DNA from: Octopus bimaculoides
Taxonomy: Eukaryota
Reading direction: 5' to 3'
DNA: 62,441 bases
Assembly (NCBI RefSeq): GCF_001194135.2
Contig: NC_068990.1
Location: forward strand, 18,124,637 to 18,187,077
Positions 24,081-38,330 of the stretch are shown here, piece after piece. The position numbers and the translations under genes were made by a program. Numbering within the stretch: position 1 is the stretch's first letter; every line of letters starts with the position of its first letter. The notes under the pieces were generated by a model. That model was given only the letters and a program-made list of their open reading frames with translations. It ran no database searches and was not told the DNA's origin.

Positions 24081-25439
24081 TACTCAATCTTATTTTTACT
24101 ACTTTCAATGCACTACCGATTGTAACAGTATGTGACTTGGGTTCGTGCAGTGTTTTGATTTGAACTTTTTTTTTTATTGCTCGATGTGATATGTATGCGA
24201 AGCCTGGTTGTAGTGCCATTGTTTGTATGCTTTGCACATTTGTAAGTCCTGGTGTTTTGGTTGTACATTTGTGTGCACGTTATTTAGCATTTCCAAAGAA
24301 CCTCTGATTGGCATTGTTACTGGTTTTAGGACCCCCACATTCAACTTATCTCTATTTCTAAATCTTTATATTTTAATAATTCCTACGTCCCTTTTAGCGA
24401 TATAATATCATGTGTTCTAGGAGGCATTAGTCTTCCTGTTGGTCCCCGCCAGCAATATTTGGTCTACTAACCTTGATTACCTTGTCTGCGAATACTGACG
24501 TATACTGAGATATTAAATAAGGAATTTACGTTGTATGGTATTTGATATATTCGTCTACACACCACACACACACATACACACAAATTATATGTGCATATAT
24601 ATATATATAGGCGCATACATATTTATGTTTACACATACATACATTCATACTACACATGATGATGATGATCATTCAAACTGGAATTCAATATACTCGTGTA
24701 TGTATTTTAATTTGGTACGATCTTGTTAGACGATATTGTTACTTTCATTTCTTTGTTAGTCCTGGCAATTGTAAATGGATACGATGCTTGCGTAAACCTG
24801 AATTTTACAACACCTTCATATCATTCTTTAAAATATATAACTTTCGAGCCTAATTAATAAAGACCCAATGTGATTGCCTGTTGGCAGTGGGTCTGAGAGA
24901 ATAATTAATAAGGCATTTATTGTTGATGTTTTCCGGAACAAAAACAACGCTCCTCCCACCGAACATACAATCAGATTCAGAAGTTAATTAATTTTACACA
25001 GGAAGTAAGAAAGTGAAGAGATTTCAACACTCACACAGTGGTATTTCTGCGAAGAAGAGCAGAGAAAAAATTAAAACAGGAAAGTTTCCATGAAGACACT
25101 AAAATGGTACTATTGTAAGGGCTGCATTGGTGATGAAAGAGACTTAATTTTGACCGTTTAGGTTCTAAGTTCTAATCTTGCTTCGCTTTGGAGCTGTTTA
25201 TCATTCTTTTTCTCCTCCTTACACAGTCTGAAGTTGATTTATTCTATAATACTCGCTTCATGTGATATTATAAATTTGATGTTGTTTAACATTAAGTCAT
25301 CGCTATGATTGTTGTTTCTCAGTTCCAGATGAACCTGACTGAGCAGGTATATGGTCTATAATCAAAAGTGCCCCAATCATTGCAGACGTTTTTATTTTAA
25401 GAGTATATCAGATCAATGTATTCTTCTCTTTTTTAAGAT

Positions 25440-25720
25440 ATGTTCTTATTCCAGAGAGATTTGACTGCTAATTGTAATAGATTGAGTGAGCAATCTCGAT
25501 GGAAAGTTATTAACACTATTCAGATATATTACATTGTAGAATATTAAAATTGTTGAGTTCTCAAGAATATTTTCAGCGATAGTCTGCTTAGGACTTTACT
25601 ACTCAATGTCTCTTGACTTTTTAAAGATGATCAAGTATAATTTAAAGAAGATTTGACTATTGTTTCTTGCAAATCGAACAATCATTTGGAAGTTCTTTTG
25701 GTGCATTAGATACAGAAATT
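25440..25720 (-). repeat. Old dispersed repeat family (TTAGAAATAGCAGCCAAATCT..TCAAAT-like); related copies near 28890, 36165, 36340, 36510, 37370, 48070, 53145, 59440, 62110
   Basis: Degenerate motif recurs on both strands. Confidence 0.5.
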
Positions 25721-26943
25721 GTGGTAGTAGTGGTTATTTCCTTATCCTTATAAAGTCAGTGTGTAAAGTGTCGTTCTACATTTAGTTGTGGTGTGCATTC
25801 AAGAAGTTTTCAGTGACTTCTCTATACTTAGAGTAAAGCTTGAACGCAATCCCGCAAGATAGCGTTAAATTGTGAACGACCATGGTATCTACTCAGAGAT
25901 CGGCGGACACATCCGTAGACAATTAGGTCCTGGTGGTGGGCACACTTTTGCAACAGATACAAAATACGAACCACTGCCCAGTTAGTTGTCTATAAACTTA
26001 TCAGCTTCGCCATCTTCGGTCTCAAACATTGGACATGCTTGAAAGATTTTGGCTAGTTTGATACCAGAATATCAATTTTGGTGTGATGTCGGTGATGATA
26101 TCGTAGCGACATCAAACACAAAAGAGGTAGAAACTATGAAACAAACATTAATCAGATTTCGTTTGATGAATGTATTAGAGTGCTATATTACCGTCTCTGG
26201 AGAACCGCAAAACAAATAGACTTTTGTAATCCTTGGGAATTAGGTTCAGCAACTAAAATACATTTCGGTATCTTGGAAAGAACGCATCAATCATGTTTTC
26301 TTTTCTCTAAAATCACTTTCTTCTGTTCACTGTGTTCAGGTATATAAATAGTGAAAAGAATACTTGAAATATTACCTTCGATCAAAGCAGACTTAAAATC
26401 ATTCCGCAAGGCTTTTGGCACGAATTGGAAGTATACATGTTGAAATTGGAAATAATTTACTTTATCGAGTCAATGTAAGGAATGAAAAATGGTTTGGCTT
26501 TGAATAAAAGACTACTTGATTTGATAACACTGACTTTCGGGGTTGTAAATAGTTTGGGGAAAGTTTAGAAATAGTTTTCTGTCTGTGCTTTTATGTGCGT
26601 ACGTGTAGCGCATTGGAAATAAAATACTGGTTTGCCTAAAAGCAATTGCGGACATTGAGCTTGAATTATGAGAATTATGTACTACACAAAAATAATCACT
26701 CGTTGACAGAGCTAATATGTTATAGATCTCCTGATATTCTGGTGAATTATTAGGCTACTGTGCAGATGCTCTCGAAAAGAAATGTGTCAGATGAAAAAGA
26801 AAAAAAAATGAACCAAATCAAAGTACAGAAAGCAAACCAAAACAAAGCATTCAAAGGCAAATACTATTTTCATTTAGTGATTTATTGCTAAAAAGATTTA
26901 CGTGGGACTTTCCCTTGGCCAATATTCAGTAATTGTCTTAATA

Positions 26944-27195
26944 TATGAGGTAGTTCAAAAAGTAACCAACTTCATTTTTCCCGCCAAAACTAACGCCACG
27001 TGGGCAAAATACTTCGGGTGGGAGGTGATGCCATTTTTCCTGCGCATGCGTGAAAATTTTCGCTCCCGCCGTCAGTTCCCGGCTGTTATACTTAGAGTAC
27101 AGACGTGTAGTGCGCGATCAACAGATTTTCGTTTCTCCGAACTCTTCGATCAGAGATATTATATCAAGTCTTGCCAATAGTTTGGTGAGACACCC
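26944..27195 (+). mobile_element. Mariner (irritans-like) 5' end: terminus, UTR and start of transposase
   Basis: TA-TGAGGTAGTTCAAAAAGT terminus; ELFDQRYYIKSCQ*FGETP resembles EQRYCIKFC.KLG. Confidence 0.7.
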
Positions 27196-27809
27196 ACCTG
27201 TTATTTATAAACTTGAGATTTCTTATCCAAAATTGCAAATTATTCAAGACGATAACTGGAATCATGATGTATGCTTCTATGCACTGGGTAGCTTATAAAT
27301 TCTACTCCATTTCAATCTAATAACTTACATTATGGGCAATATCCCTACAGAGAAAGCCTTCAATTTTGCTGCATGCATAGTAATTCATTCCATTCGACAC
27401 TTCTATGCTTACATATACATCATGTACAGAAGTAACCTAGGTCATTTCAAGGCAACAAGGTCACTAGTCCAGCAATGTGTCATTCACTATAAGTAAGTAG
27501 TACAGCCCAGAATTGAACTCGATTCTCCCAATCTTTTGAATTGTAATATCTCTCTGTATCTCTCTCATCCTCTATATACCGAGCTCTGGTCACAGTTTCA
27601 AGGAGAGCAATCTCCCTGTTCTTACTAACTACCATTCTATCACACTTCCAATAATTCAAAGATGATGGAGACGATCCTTCTCAAATCTTTCAATTTATCT
27701 TCATCCTTAATGTCTACAACTAAATGATTTGTAAACCCAGAACTACGGAAAATTTACACCTCTATGTCATTTTCCATAGACCTCTCGCATTGAAACATTT
27801 GCTGAGAGC

Positions 27810-28085
27810 AATATTATTCTTGACTTCAGTAAAACATTTAACCGTGTCTGTCACTCGAAACTCTTGTAGAAATTGTCCGTCTATCGCTTCTATTATTCTA
27901 TCACGTCAATGGCTTCTTGTCATTGCTGTGTGTGTGCTTAAATAGCTCTTGTACTAACTCACATTTTATCAACTCTAGTGTGAATTAGGGTTCAGTTTGT
28001 CCTTATACTTTTCTTGTGCGTATGTAAATTATTTGCTGTCGCCTCCAACAAAGCCCACTTTTACGCAAATGATGACACTCCCCTT
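27810..28085 (+). mobile_element. Degenerate CR1/Jockey-type RT remnant
   Basis: IILDFSKTFNRVCHSKLL*KLS, INSSVN*GSV, FYANDDT (decayed DFSKAFD, SGVPQGS and YADD motifs). Confidence 0.65.
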
Positions 28086-28145
28086 TCTCTTTCATTCATT
28101 CATTCAGTCATACATTCATTCACATGCAACCCAAGTATCTCACGT

Positions 28146-28147
<2 letters not shown>

Positions 28148-28232
<85 letters not shown>
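28148..28232. repeat. (CA)n microsatellite
   Basis: Direct sequence. Confidence 0.95.
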
Positions 28233-28236
<4 letters not shown>

Positions 28237-28477
28237 TGTTCCAATAGGGTGATATCAATCTTGTTACCTTGAACAACAAAATGGACCACTGCACATATGA
28301 AAATCAAAAACAAAACAACAGATAAACCAAGCGCTTGCAGCTTGAAAGAACTCTCGGTTTATATACTAGGTTCCACCGTCATCGAAATGCACCGTGGCGG
28401 ATGCCCACGAATCAACATAGAAAAAGCAAAAATCCTGCGTCGCAAAATATTGGTCTTTATCTTCAGAGCCAGTGAAT

Positions 28478-28735
28478 ACTTTCGCTGTGACCTTGAGTAA
28501 AACTATTTTTCACGTTGCTCCAGTCTACTCAGCTGGCAAAAAGGAGCAGTACCTGTATTTCAGAAGGCCGCCCTTGTTACGTCCTGTGTCACGCTGAATC
28601 TCCTTGAGAACTATGCTAATGTTACGTGTGTCTGTGGAGTGCACAGCTATTTGCACGTTAATCTCACCAGTAGGCTTTTCCAGTTGATGAGATCAACTGG
28701 AACCCTCGTTGTCGTAACCGACGGAGTGGCAGTCA
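28478..28735 (+). mobile_element. SINE with tail X but a different body (TTGCTCCAGTCTACTCAGCTGG)
   Basis: 3' part aligns to 5460-5641; 5' part does not. Confidence 0.75.
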
Positions 28736-28766
28736 TAATGTATATATATATATATATATATATATA

Positions 28767-29641
28767 TGAGCAGAATTATGTAAAAGGCAAATACACTGAA
28801 GTTACCGTGGAGAAAAAAAATCTCTATGGTAAAAAGATGTAAAACACCCGGTCCGTTCGGTGTCGCCATGTATTATATACCACTAGGCATTTTCTGATTC
28901 TGCTAGAAATAGAAACCAAACCCTCTGAAGACTTTAAAGTGGCAGTATACAATGTAGACTTATATTTGCACACATACCAGAGCCTCTGCCCAAACTGATT
29001 TATTTCACATATTCTTTCTGAAGTGACAGTGACCGTAGAGCTAAAAAGCGAACCACATTCGAATGGATTTAAACTAAGCCGTCTTTAATGCAATCAGGTT
29101 TAAACTTTCTAGGACTAATTTAACGTAACAGCTATGCGATTGTAACGCTCTTAAATTTAGTTTATGAGCTAGCTATAATGATTAATTTTACTGAAGAGAT
29201 GTACTAAATGCTCCTCTGTCGCCAGTAGTTTTACATTTTCTGTTTTGTGAAACTAAAATTTTAAAAACTCATGTTCCATGTAAAATAACAGTATATTTAC
29301 AGAATCAACGTTTTCTCGGTAACATATTGTATTTCGTTTCATTCAAGATTGCATTAGTAAGTCAATATGTGTTACTGGACGTAAGACCTATTTTAAGAAA
29401 CTGGTATACCTAAAAGAGGCAACTCTAAACGAATTTAGGTACATCTCATCGAAAATAACCAAGAAACTTGAAACATCGATGTCTGGGATTCCTAATGGAT
29501 GGCGACGCTGACCGGAGCGGGTGTTTTACACCTTTTTACCATAAGAATGTTTTTCTTTCTGCATGGTAACGGCAGTGTATTTGTCTTTTATCAGTTGAAA
29601 TATGTAACAAACATATATTTCAACTTACCTAATTCTGCTCA
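28767..29641. mobile_element. MITE, about 100-bp TIRs, TA TSD
   Basis: TA|TGAGCAGAATTA..TCGCCAT (28767-28869) versus ATGGCGA..TAATTCTGCTCA|TA (29499-29641). Confidence 0.8.
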
Positions 29642-30649
29642 TACATAAACACTGCTTAACAAAATATATATATTCTGATAATTTGACGGTATCAGCTACT
29701 GGAATGTCGCCATATTGGGGCTCAGCTTTCGAGACTTGTCAGTTAATCATAGTTACTCCATATATTTCAGTCAGGCATCTATTTTATTAAATAGTATTCT
29801 CGGAGCGATAAGTTACAGAACATAAATGTCGCAACATCAATCATAAGATCGCTTTTAGAACAGATAAAAAGATAAACAGCTCACAAAAATATGTGAATTT
29901 ATATACACTGGTTATATACCACCGATTTCCTTTGCAAAGTAAGTAACTGAAAACATCAATAACATATATATGAGACATCATCAGTAACGTTGTCATTACG
30001 TCATACAACCTTGTTGTCGTTTTATCAAAAACTGGACTATATGTTATAATTCGAGATGATTGCATTAGTAAGTCAATACGTGTTATTAGACGTAAGACCT
30101 ATTTTAAGAAACTGGTATACGCTAATCTATCCCAGCTAACGCTTTCAAAACATATTCTGATCAAAACTTAAATCGATATATGAACGGACAATTAAAATAA
30201 TGATGTATTTAACTTTTTCATATAAACTATACATTTAAATTATTAGGATATATAAGATTAACAATTAAAATATAGGAACATATAACATTTATAATGCGTA
30301 CCTTCAATATATATAACAGCACTAGCTGTAATAGTTTGTCTCATAGAAGCATCTCAAACTGATATCCCTCTTAAAAGCATATGTCTTTACAAAGAAAATC
30401 GGCGGATCGTTTCCTCAGTAACGAATAAGTTGGACGTTCTGACGTACGTAAAAACGCTGTAGGGTTTTGAGTCTCTAGGTTATAACAACACAACAATCTT
30501 AGTTCTAGATACACATACGTATGTAATACATATTGAGATATACATAAAGATAGTTTGAGAGATAAATAGATAGGTAACAGTTGTTCAGTCTTTGTCCTTT
30601 TACACTCACACACGCACATAAGACGAGATGCAGATATATATAAATAAGC

Positions 30650-30671
30650 AGGCATACATACATACATACAT

Positions 30672-30708
<37 letters not shown>

Positions 30709-31194
30709 AATACACACACACACACACACANNNNNNNNNNNNNNNNNNNNNNNNNNNNNNNNNNNNNNNNNNNNNNNNNNNNNNNNNNNNNNNNNNNNNN
30801 NNNNNNNNNNNNNNNNNNNNNNNNNNNNNNNNNNNNNNNNNNNNNNNNNNNNNNNNNNNNNNNNNNNNNNNNNNNNNNNNNNNNNNNNNNNNNNNNNNNN
30901 NNNNNNNNNNNNNNNNNNNNNNNNNNNNNNNNNNNNNNNNNNNNNNNNNNNNNNNNNNNNNNNNNNNNNNNNNNNNNNNNNNNNNNNNNNNNNNNNNNNN
31001 NNNNNNNNNNNNNNNNNNNNNNNNNNNNNNNNNNNNNNNNNNNNNNNNNNNNNNNNNNNNNNNNNNNNNNNNNNNNNNNNNNNNNNNNNNNNNNNNNNNN
31101 NNNNNNNNNNNNNNNNNNNNNNNNNNNNNNATACACATACGAAATATATATGTACATATATATATATATATATAGATAGATAGATAAATAGATG

Positions 31195-31240
<46 letters not shown>

Positions 31241-31270
31241 CAGATAAATAGATAGATAGATAGATAGTCT
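30650..31270. repeat. (ACAT)n/(CA)n/gap/(TA)n/(GATA)n
   Basis: Direct sequence. Confidence 0.9.
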
Positions 31271-32212
31271 GGTAGAAATATAGTTATAAAGATAGATTAA
31301 AAGTTTTCCTGTAGATAAATATATAGATATCACCGGTTAATTTTTGTCATTTAACAGTCAAATAATTCTGAATGTATTCCAAGCACACAATAGTAAATAT
31401 TTGAATAAACTATAAAAACGCTATTATTTCTTCTCTCCTTACTTACACGAGACAATTTTTATTTTCTTATATCTTCAATGTGTTTTGCGGTTTTGTGTTC
31501 TCTCCAGTTTCACCATGGCAATTGTATTTCGTTCTACCTATTTTCTCATCTTCGTATCGCACAATCAGATTTTACTCAAGGGTTTTATTTGTTGGATTGT
31601 TTTTGGCTTGTTGGCTTGGTGATATTTATCTTTTATTTTATACTCTATAGAGATTCCCTGAGCAGCCATCATTAATATGTTACTTATTTTTATTTTTTCC
31701 GAAAATATTACACAGAACACAGCTTACTTTCTTTGTGTTTCTTTTATTTTGCTATCTTATATTTTTTATTTGTAGTTTCTGTAATGAATGCTGAGATCTG
31801 TTTGTTATGCATTGTAGCATGTGCGTACTGGGTGTTCAATAAGAGAAACATTTCTTTGCCCTGGTTCACTGCCACTTCGTTAGTTTTCCGCTGGAAACGA
31901 AAGCTTAATCACTTCTTTGAATAACATCAGATATAAACTGAGATTACTGCAACTAGCCATAGATTGCAGTGAATCTTCTTTCAAGAAAAGTTTTTTGTTT
32001 GATCCACGCATCGTTTGGTTTAAACTGCAAAATGAAGCAGAATTACTATGTTGCATCTTACATCATAACAACATCGATTTGCTCAGAAGAGGCCCAAGCG
32101 CACATACACACGCCCACATCACCACACCCCCAGATACCTACGCACAAGCATATATACATATATCAGCGGCCTTTAGCAGAGAGCTAAGACTCGAACCAAA
32201 CGATATTAATTT

Positions 32213-32213
32213 A

Positions 32214-32274
<61 letters not shown>

Positions 32275-32487
32275 GTATGTCTGTCTTCTGCCTGCCTGCC
32301 TGTTTGTCTGTCCGTCTGTCTCTATCAGTCTGTCTCTCTGTCTAGCATACTCTCCCTCTCTCTGCTTATGTGTGTGTGTGTGTGTATGTGCGTGTATTTA
32401 TCCAATTTATCCATTTAACTACTTGTGACTTTTGTAAGCTATAACATGAATCCATATATTGTTTATGTGTATGTGTCTATATATATG

Positions 32488-32555
<68 letters not shown>

Positions 32556-32560
32556 CATAC
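32213..32560. repeat. (TATC)n/(GT)n/(TA)n compound microsatellite
   Basis: Direct sequence. Confidence 0.9.
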
Positions 32561-33119
32561 TTACACAGAAAACACATACGAATGTGCACACAAACATACA
32601 CTCCCTCAGACTTCCCACATTCCACACACACATATGCTTATATTTATTGGTTTCGCTTCTTTTATCTACCGTTTACATATTCACGTAGTTCTGTGATTAA
32701 GTTTGCCTTTTAAAAACTCGACAATATCTATTTAACTACAAAATATTGCTTGAAGAAAGTTGCGAAAACTAAATAAGATTTCCGTCGCCACAGCAAAGAA
32801 GCCGTTTCATCTTCTTTTTGTTTTTTGCTTATTTATTGCTTTGTTTGTTTGTTTGGTTGCTTCTATCTTTTTTCTTTTCTTTCTCTTGAATTTATAGAGC
32901 AAAGCCTAGTATCTATAAACAAAGTATGAATTGGAATTCTGTCAGTAACAGCGTTTTATTGGTCAAGTCTTAAATGTTTAATGCAACGTCCACGTTCACC
33001 TAAGAACCCTTTTACAGATTATCGTACAATCCAGAAAAAAGAGAAAAAGAACTTTATCTTTTCTAGTTTATTTTATCTTTATTTGTATACCATCCTCCAT
33101 TTTGAATCTGCTTTCAAAA

Positions 33120-33275
33120 TCATCATCATCGTGGTCGTCATCCTCACCACCATCATGACCACTACCACGACAACGTCGACGACGACGACGACCCCCCCCC
33201 ATACTATTATTATCATCATCATACTTGTTTTGTTGTTGGTGATGTTTTTGTTGATGTTGTTGATGTTTTTATTGA

Positions 33276-33324
<49 letters not shown>

Positions 33325-33862
33325 CTTGTTGTTCTTGTTCTTCTTCTTCTTCTCATTATTATTATTATTACTATTTTGAAAATTTGCTTTATGAGAAGGC
33401 GACATGACTTTAACATGTTAGCATATTACTACTTTCAATAGATACCATATCTCCGAAGAACCACAATGATGGTTGGTCACTAAAACTTTTCTTCTCTAAC
33501 ATCATTTTTTTCTTCAGATAATTCTTGTTGTTGCTGTTGTCGTTGTTGTTGTCACCGTCGTCGTCGTTGTTGTTGTTTTTCCTCTTCCTTTGAAAATCTA
33601 AAAGAACTTACCAACCACCGCCGCCACCACCACCACCATCATTTAAGAAAACTAAAAGTCATCACCAACATCATCAACATCATCGTCATCGTCATTATTA
33701 TTAAAAACTAAAAGAAATCATTATTGTTATTATCATTATTATTGTCAATAACATTTTGGTTGTTATTGTTATTATTGAAGAAAACTAAAAGAAATCGTTA
33801 TTTTCATTATTATTACCATCATCATCATCATCATCATCATCATTATTATTATTATCATTATT
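33120..33862. repeat. Trinucleotide mosaic (CAT/GAC/GTT/CTT/TTA)
   Basis: Direct; source of the poly-L and poly-N ORFs. Confidence 0.9.
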
Positions 33863-34184
33863 AACTTTGCAACACGAACTGCGAGAGTAATTTATCAGAT
33901 TGTCTACAGATATGTAAAGTGAATTGAAAGAATATTTCCAATAAATAATACAAAAACAAACAGGCCTGATGATTTATACGTTGTCAATACAGTCTGAAAA
34001 CATCAGACTCCAAAGTAGTGCATGAAGTGAAGATAGATCGTATTTACGTGGGTATATTTTAACAAGTCAGTAAAAATGAAAGATGGCTATTTACATAAAA
34101 ATGTATCTAGAGGGTATTAACATATAAAACTCAACATTTTCTATGATCAATAGTCATAGAATATGCATTTGTAACGAATACATT

Positions 34185-34482
34185 ATGTATGTATGTATGT
34201 ATGTATGTATGTATGTATGTATGCATGCATGCATGTATGTATGTATGTGTGTATTTATAAATGTATCTGTATATGTACACACAAGCATTTATCTCTATAA
34301 GTATATGCGTGCGTGTGTAATGTATATGTATTAATGCAGCTACCTATATATATGTCTCTGTGTGTGTGTAAGTACATATATATATATATATATGAATATA
34401 CACACACATACATACACTCACACACACACACATATATACATTTAAGTATGTATGTATGTATGTATGTATGTATGTATGTATG

Positions 34483-34522
<40 letters not shown>

Positions 34523-34748
34523 TGGATAGATAGACAGACAGATAGATACAAGGATAGATAGGAAAATGATATTGTCTTTTTCGAGTCTTAGCACTTTGCT
34601 AAATTAACATTTCATTTTTTCACGTTAGATAAAGCATAACATAACTAATGGAATAGCATTGCATGCGATATATGTCTTGCCATGTGTTTAAGATAACGCC
34701 TGGTTTAGAGCTCAGCAGTGGTATGCATATATATATATATATATTTAC

Positions 34749-34781
<33 letters not shown>

Positions 34782-34810
34782 TATATGTGTGTGTGTATGC
34801 ATGTATATAT
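34185..34810. repeat. (ATGT)n/(TA)n/(CA)n clusters
   Basis: Direct sequence. Confidence 0.85.
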
Positions 34811-35169
34811 GTATACACCTTATTCCTTGCCATTTCACATAACAATATATTGCAGGAGATGCAACATCAATTCAGTTTGTTTGTATACTATGTAATATGC
34901 GGAGAAAACATTGCGAGGTGGAAAGATAGATACAGAAGGATAGATGTTATAATGAATAAACGAACGAATGAATAGATGAGAATACAGATAAATTAAACAT
35001 ATGGCAATTCAGTGAGATTATCAGTTCCCTCAGGCTCTTTTAAGTGCTATGCACACGACATGGAAACATAAAGCTACATGTGCTGTCTTCTTGTGTTATT
35101 GGTTATTGTTTCTGTGCATCTCAGTGCATGAATATGATAGTATTGGATCATACGTCTATTTCGACGACA

Positions 35170-35310
35170 TGTAATCAGATGTTTGGGCTACTGAATTGAA
35201 CCCTTACTCATGATATTAATATGAGAGTGGTCGAGTATTCCACAGAGAACAAGTATTATTAGTGTGAATTCTCAATCCGAATTAGCACGACAGTGTAAGA
35301 CAGGGTACAG
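35170..35310 (-). mobile_element. Degenerate SINE tail X
   Basis: GTGGTCGAGTATTCCACAGA resembles the reverse of the tail-X core. Confidence 0.45.
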
Positions 35311-37149
35311 TGTTTAATTTGCATATACAATCCCCCTCCCACCTCCATTTACCTATCCATGTATGGAAAGGTAAATGGTGGTGTGAGGGGAAAGTTAATT
35401 GCAGTCCCGTATTCTAGTGAATTATTCAGTTAGAGAGAATGGTTATTGTTTATCTCAAAGCCAGAGCTATTTAGACATATTTATGGACAAAAGGTGAGGG
35501 AAAAACGTGAGCCCGTCATTATTTCCTTTCTGAATATATTCATCGTCTTTATGAATTGCTTATTCGCCCTTGTATGAAATTCTGTTGACATATTTGAGCT
35601 GGTGCCTCTGGTGAAGTTCTTTTTCTCTTTGATTGAATTCCAAGCCGAGTACCTAATATTCGTGCTTCTCTATACTTAGCTGAACTTCAATTCCTCACTT
35701 AACGCTCTGACTTTCGTTCTTTTTCTCTATTCTATAAATATTTTCTTGGTCGTTTTCCTGCCGCTCCCCGCCTTTATTTTTACCCTCGAATACTCCTCTC
35801 TATATTAATTTTTATAATTTCATTGTTGTTGACCCTTCTTGCAAGGTGTGTTTCTTCTGTAGTAGCCTTTTTCTTCGAACAGCTGTTTTACGGAACTCTC
35901 TCCCTTCTCTCTTGTTCCCATGATAAATATAATCTTCATTATTTTAAATCTTGTACTGATATTTTCATGATTTTCAAGGCAGCTCCTCATTTCAAACTTT
36001 TCTTTTGTACCAATCACCAAACTCTTTGCTTGACTTTCATTACTGGTAGTTTCCTTTTAGTCGCGTGACTCCCAATAAAGAGATAACCACGGCTCACATT
36101 TAAATTGTGATCATCCCTCCCTATCTTCATTCCAGGCACAATGAATTTTGGACTACAGAACCCAATGTAACCTGTCCTTTCTTAAAATGATAGGTTGTCC
36201 TTTAAGAGCGATTTAACTGATATTTAGACGAGGCTGAGTGAACAAATAGAGGTCTAATCCAAATGTAAATTTACCGGTGTGAACAACGGACTCAATTTAT
36301 GAGGCAGTAAGTGACCAGTAAATAACTATCTAGAGAGTCGATGACGTTCTAGAAATGATAGCCAATTCACCCTTAAATTCGACTCTGCTGACTTACAGTC
36401 ATATTATACATCCAGACATATAATCCTACACATGCAAACAAGTGGGACGCCTTTGATCACAAATCAGTACAATTAGAACTGAATTGTGACGAAGCAATTA
36501 GAGCAATAAAAAATACTCGATCTGCTAATAATAGAAGCCAACACTCCATCAAATCGCATCCTATCGTCCTAAAAATGGTCTGAGACATCTCTATGCCGGA
36601 AAATGTGGTCCTGGCTATGTTCTACTTTAAAGGAGACAGGATGATCACACCTTGATCGCTTTTATCTCGAATTTGTTCAATGAAGACTAAGCTGGAGTGG
36701 AACAACGCAGCAGTAGCAACAACGATAGCAGCAGCAGTAGCAGTAGCAACAACAATAGCAACAATAACAACAAAAACAGTGTTTAAATATATCTCTGAGA
36801 CTCGGTAGCATATGGCCCATACTAACATATATTCTTATATAATAAACAGGCATAAAAAATCACAACTTTCTAAACAAGGACACCGATTCTGAAAGCAATT
36901 ATCAATATTGATATCTTATAAAATTTGGGAAACACAAGTTTAAGTCAGAAGACAATGAGACTTTGTGAGTCTCATGCCATTTTGTGGCGTTAATTCCCTT
37001 CTGAAAGGAATGTGTGAAGTGAGTGAAGTGAAAAGGATTCTTCTGTTAGTTAAAACTCACTTTCACATTATAACCGAGCTTCTAAATTCTTACTTCTTGC
37101 TCTATAACTCATAGGTATTATGCTTTTTATACTGGTTTATAATGGAGGA

Positions 37150-37325
37150 ACAAGATCACTGACATTAGGGGATGGATGCAGTCGTTGAAATCGACCTCAG
37201 CAGCTCGCTGCTACCTGTTTTATCGACCTTAGAGCAAAGTCGACCCAGGTATGATTTGAAGCAATGTAAATACCACAAGATGGTTTAATAGTCTCCCTAC
37301 AAATTCTGCCATTTTACGGCCTTCA
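37150..37325 (-). mobile_element. Degenerate SINE S3
   Basis: TTTTATCGACC..AAAGTCGACC..GATTTGAA motif. Confidence 0.65.
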
Positions 37326-37469
37326 TGAACTCAAAATATTAAAACGAGCCAACGAGGGAGAATGTACGTGCGTGGTTGCTACATCTGCTAGACATGATAG
37401 CCAAATCTTCCAGTTACATACTGACGTCTTAAACAACATCGTATAGAATTTTGTTGCTAGAAGGGTTTT

Positions 37470-37780
37470 AGTCCAAGAAGTCGACCCTAGGCCTTATTTT
37501 TTGAAGCCTAATACCTATTCTATCGGTTCCTTTTGCCATATCTCTAAGTTACGGGGTGGTAAGCACACCAACACCGGTTGTCAAGCGGTGGTGGGAGACA
37601 AACACAGTCAGAAACACACACACGTATACACGACGGGCTACTTTTACTTTCCGTCTACTAATTTCACTTACAAGGTCGAGGCTATTGTAGAAGACACTTG
37701 CCCAAGGTGCCACACAGTGGGACTGAACCCGGAACCATGTATCTGTGAAACAAGACTCTTACTACACATGTGCCTAAGCA
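37470..37780 (-). mobile_element. SINE S1
   Basis: ACACTTGCCCAAGGTGCCACACAGTGGGACTGAACCCGGAACCATG reverse head. Confidence 0.85.
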
Positions 37781-38279
37781 TGAAAATAATGTAGTGTAGC
37801 CATTGCTGGAATGTGTTTAATAATTTCTCTTCCTGATGAGGATAGACTTAGCTCAGGGCACAGGAACAAACAAGAAAATATTTTTTTATCTTGTTGGGTC
37901 CTGAAAATAATTTGAAGTCATAAACTTTGCAATCCATCCTAGACTAGTGAGACTGATGCCATTAATGCATCACGCACCTAAATTCCATGAATATGCTAAG
38001 CAAGTCAACAATAGCAGGAAAGATATCCGTAGGAAAAAATACCAAAATACCGACACTTTGGGAAGGATGGGTAAAGTTTTAAAATTAGTTTGGCTTTGAG
38101 AACAGAACTAACGAAATGAGAAGATATTAGTCTATAAACTCTGTTTCTTGGAAGAACATAACCAGTCGTTCATCTCCAAAATATTTTGAATTTAAAAGAA
38201 ATTTTTTTGAAAAGCTGATGAAAAGTGCTACTCAAATTACTTGTATAGTTTCTACGGTTCTCGGCTACATAGTACAATG

Positions 38280-38330
<51 letters not shown>

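Noticed and set aside
26070-26129. Hairpin GATGTCG/CGACATC with bulged extension
   Set aside because: About 19 interrupted pairs with a large loop; within chance and too short for a pri-miRNA.
32898-32923. Candidate 26-nt microexon after a pyrimidine tract
   Set aside because: Weak donor, length not a multiple of three, and no independent support.
33079-33405. Asn-rich 108-aa ORF resembling a prion-like domain
   Set aside because: Entirely a trinucleotide mosaic, with no splice or homology support.
37833-37900. CTGATGAG as a hammerhead start
   Set aside because: No helix II closing on GAAA and no NUH site.
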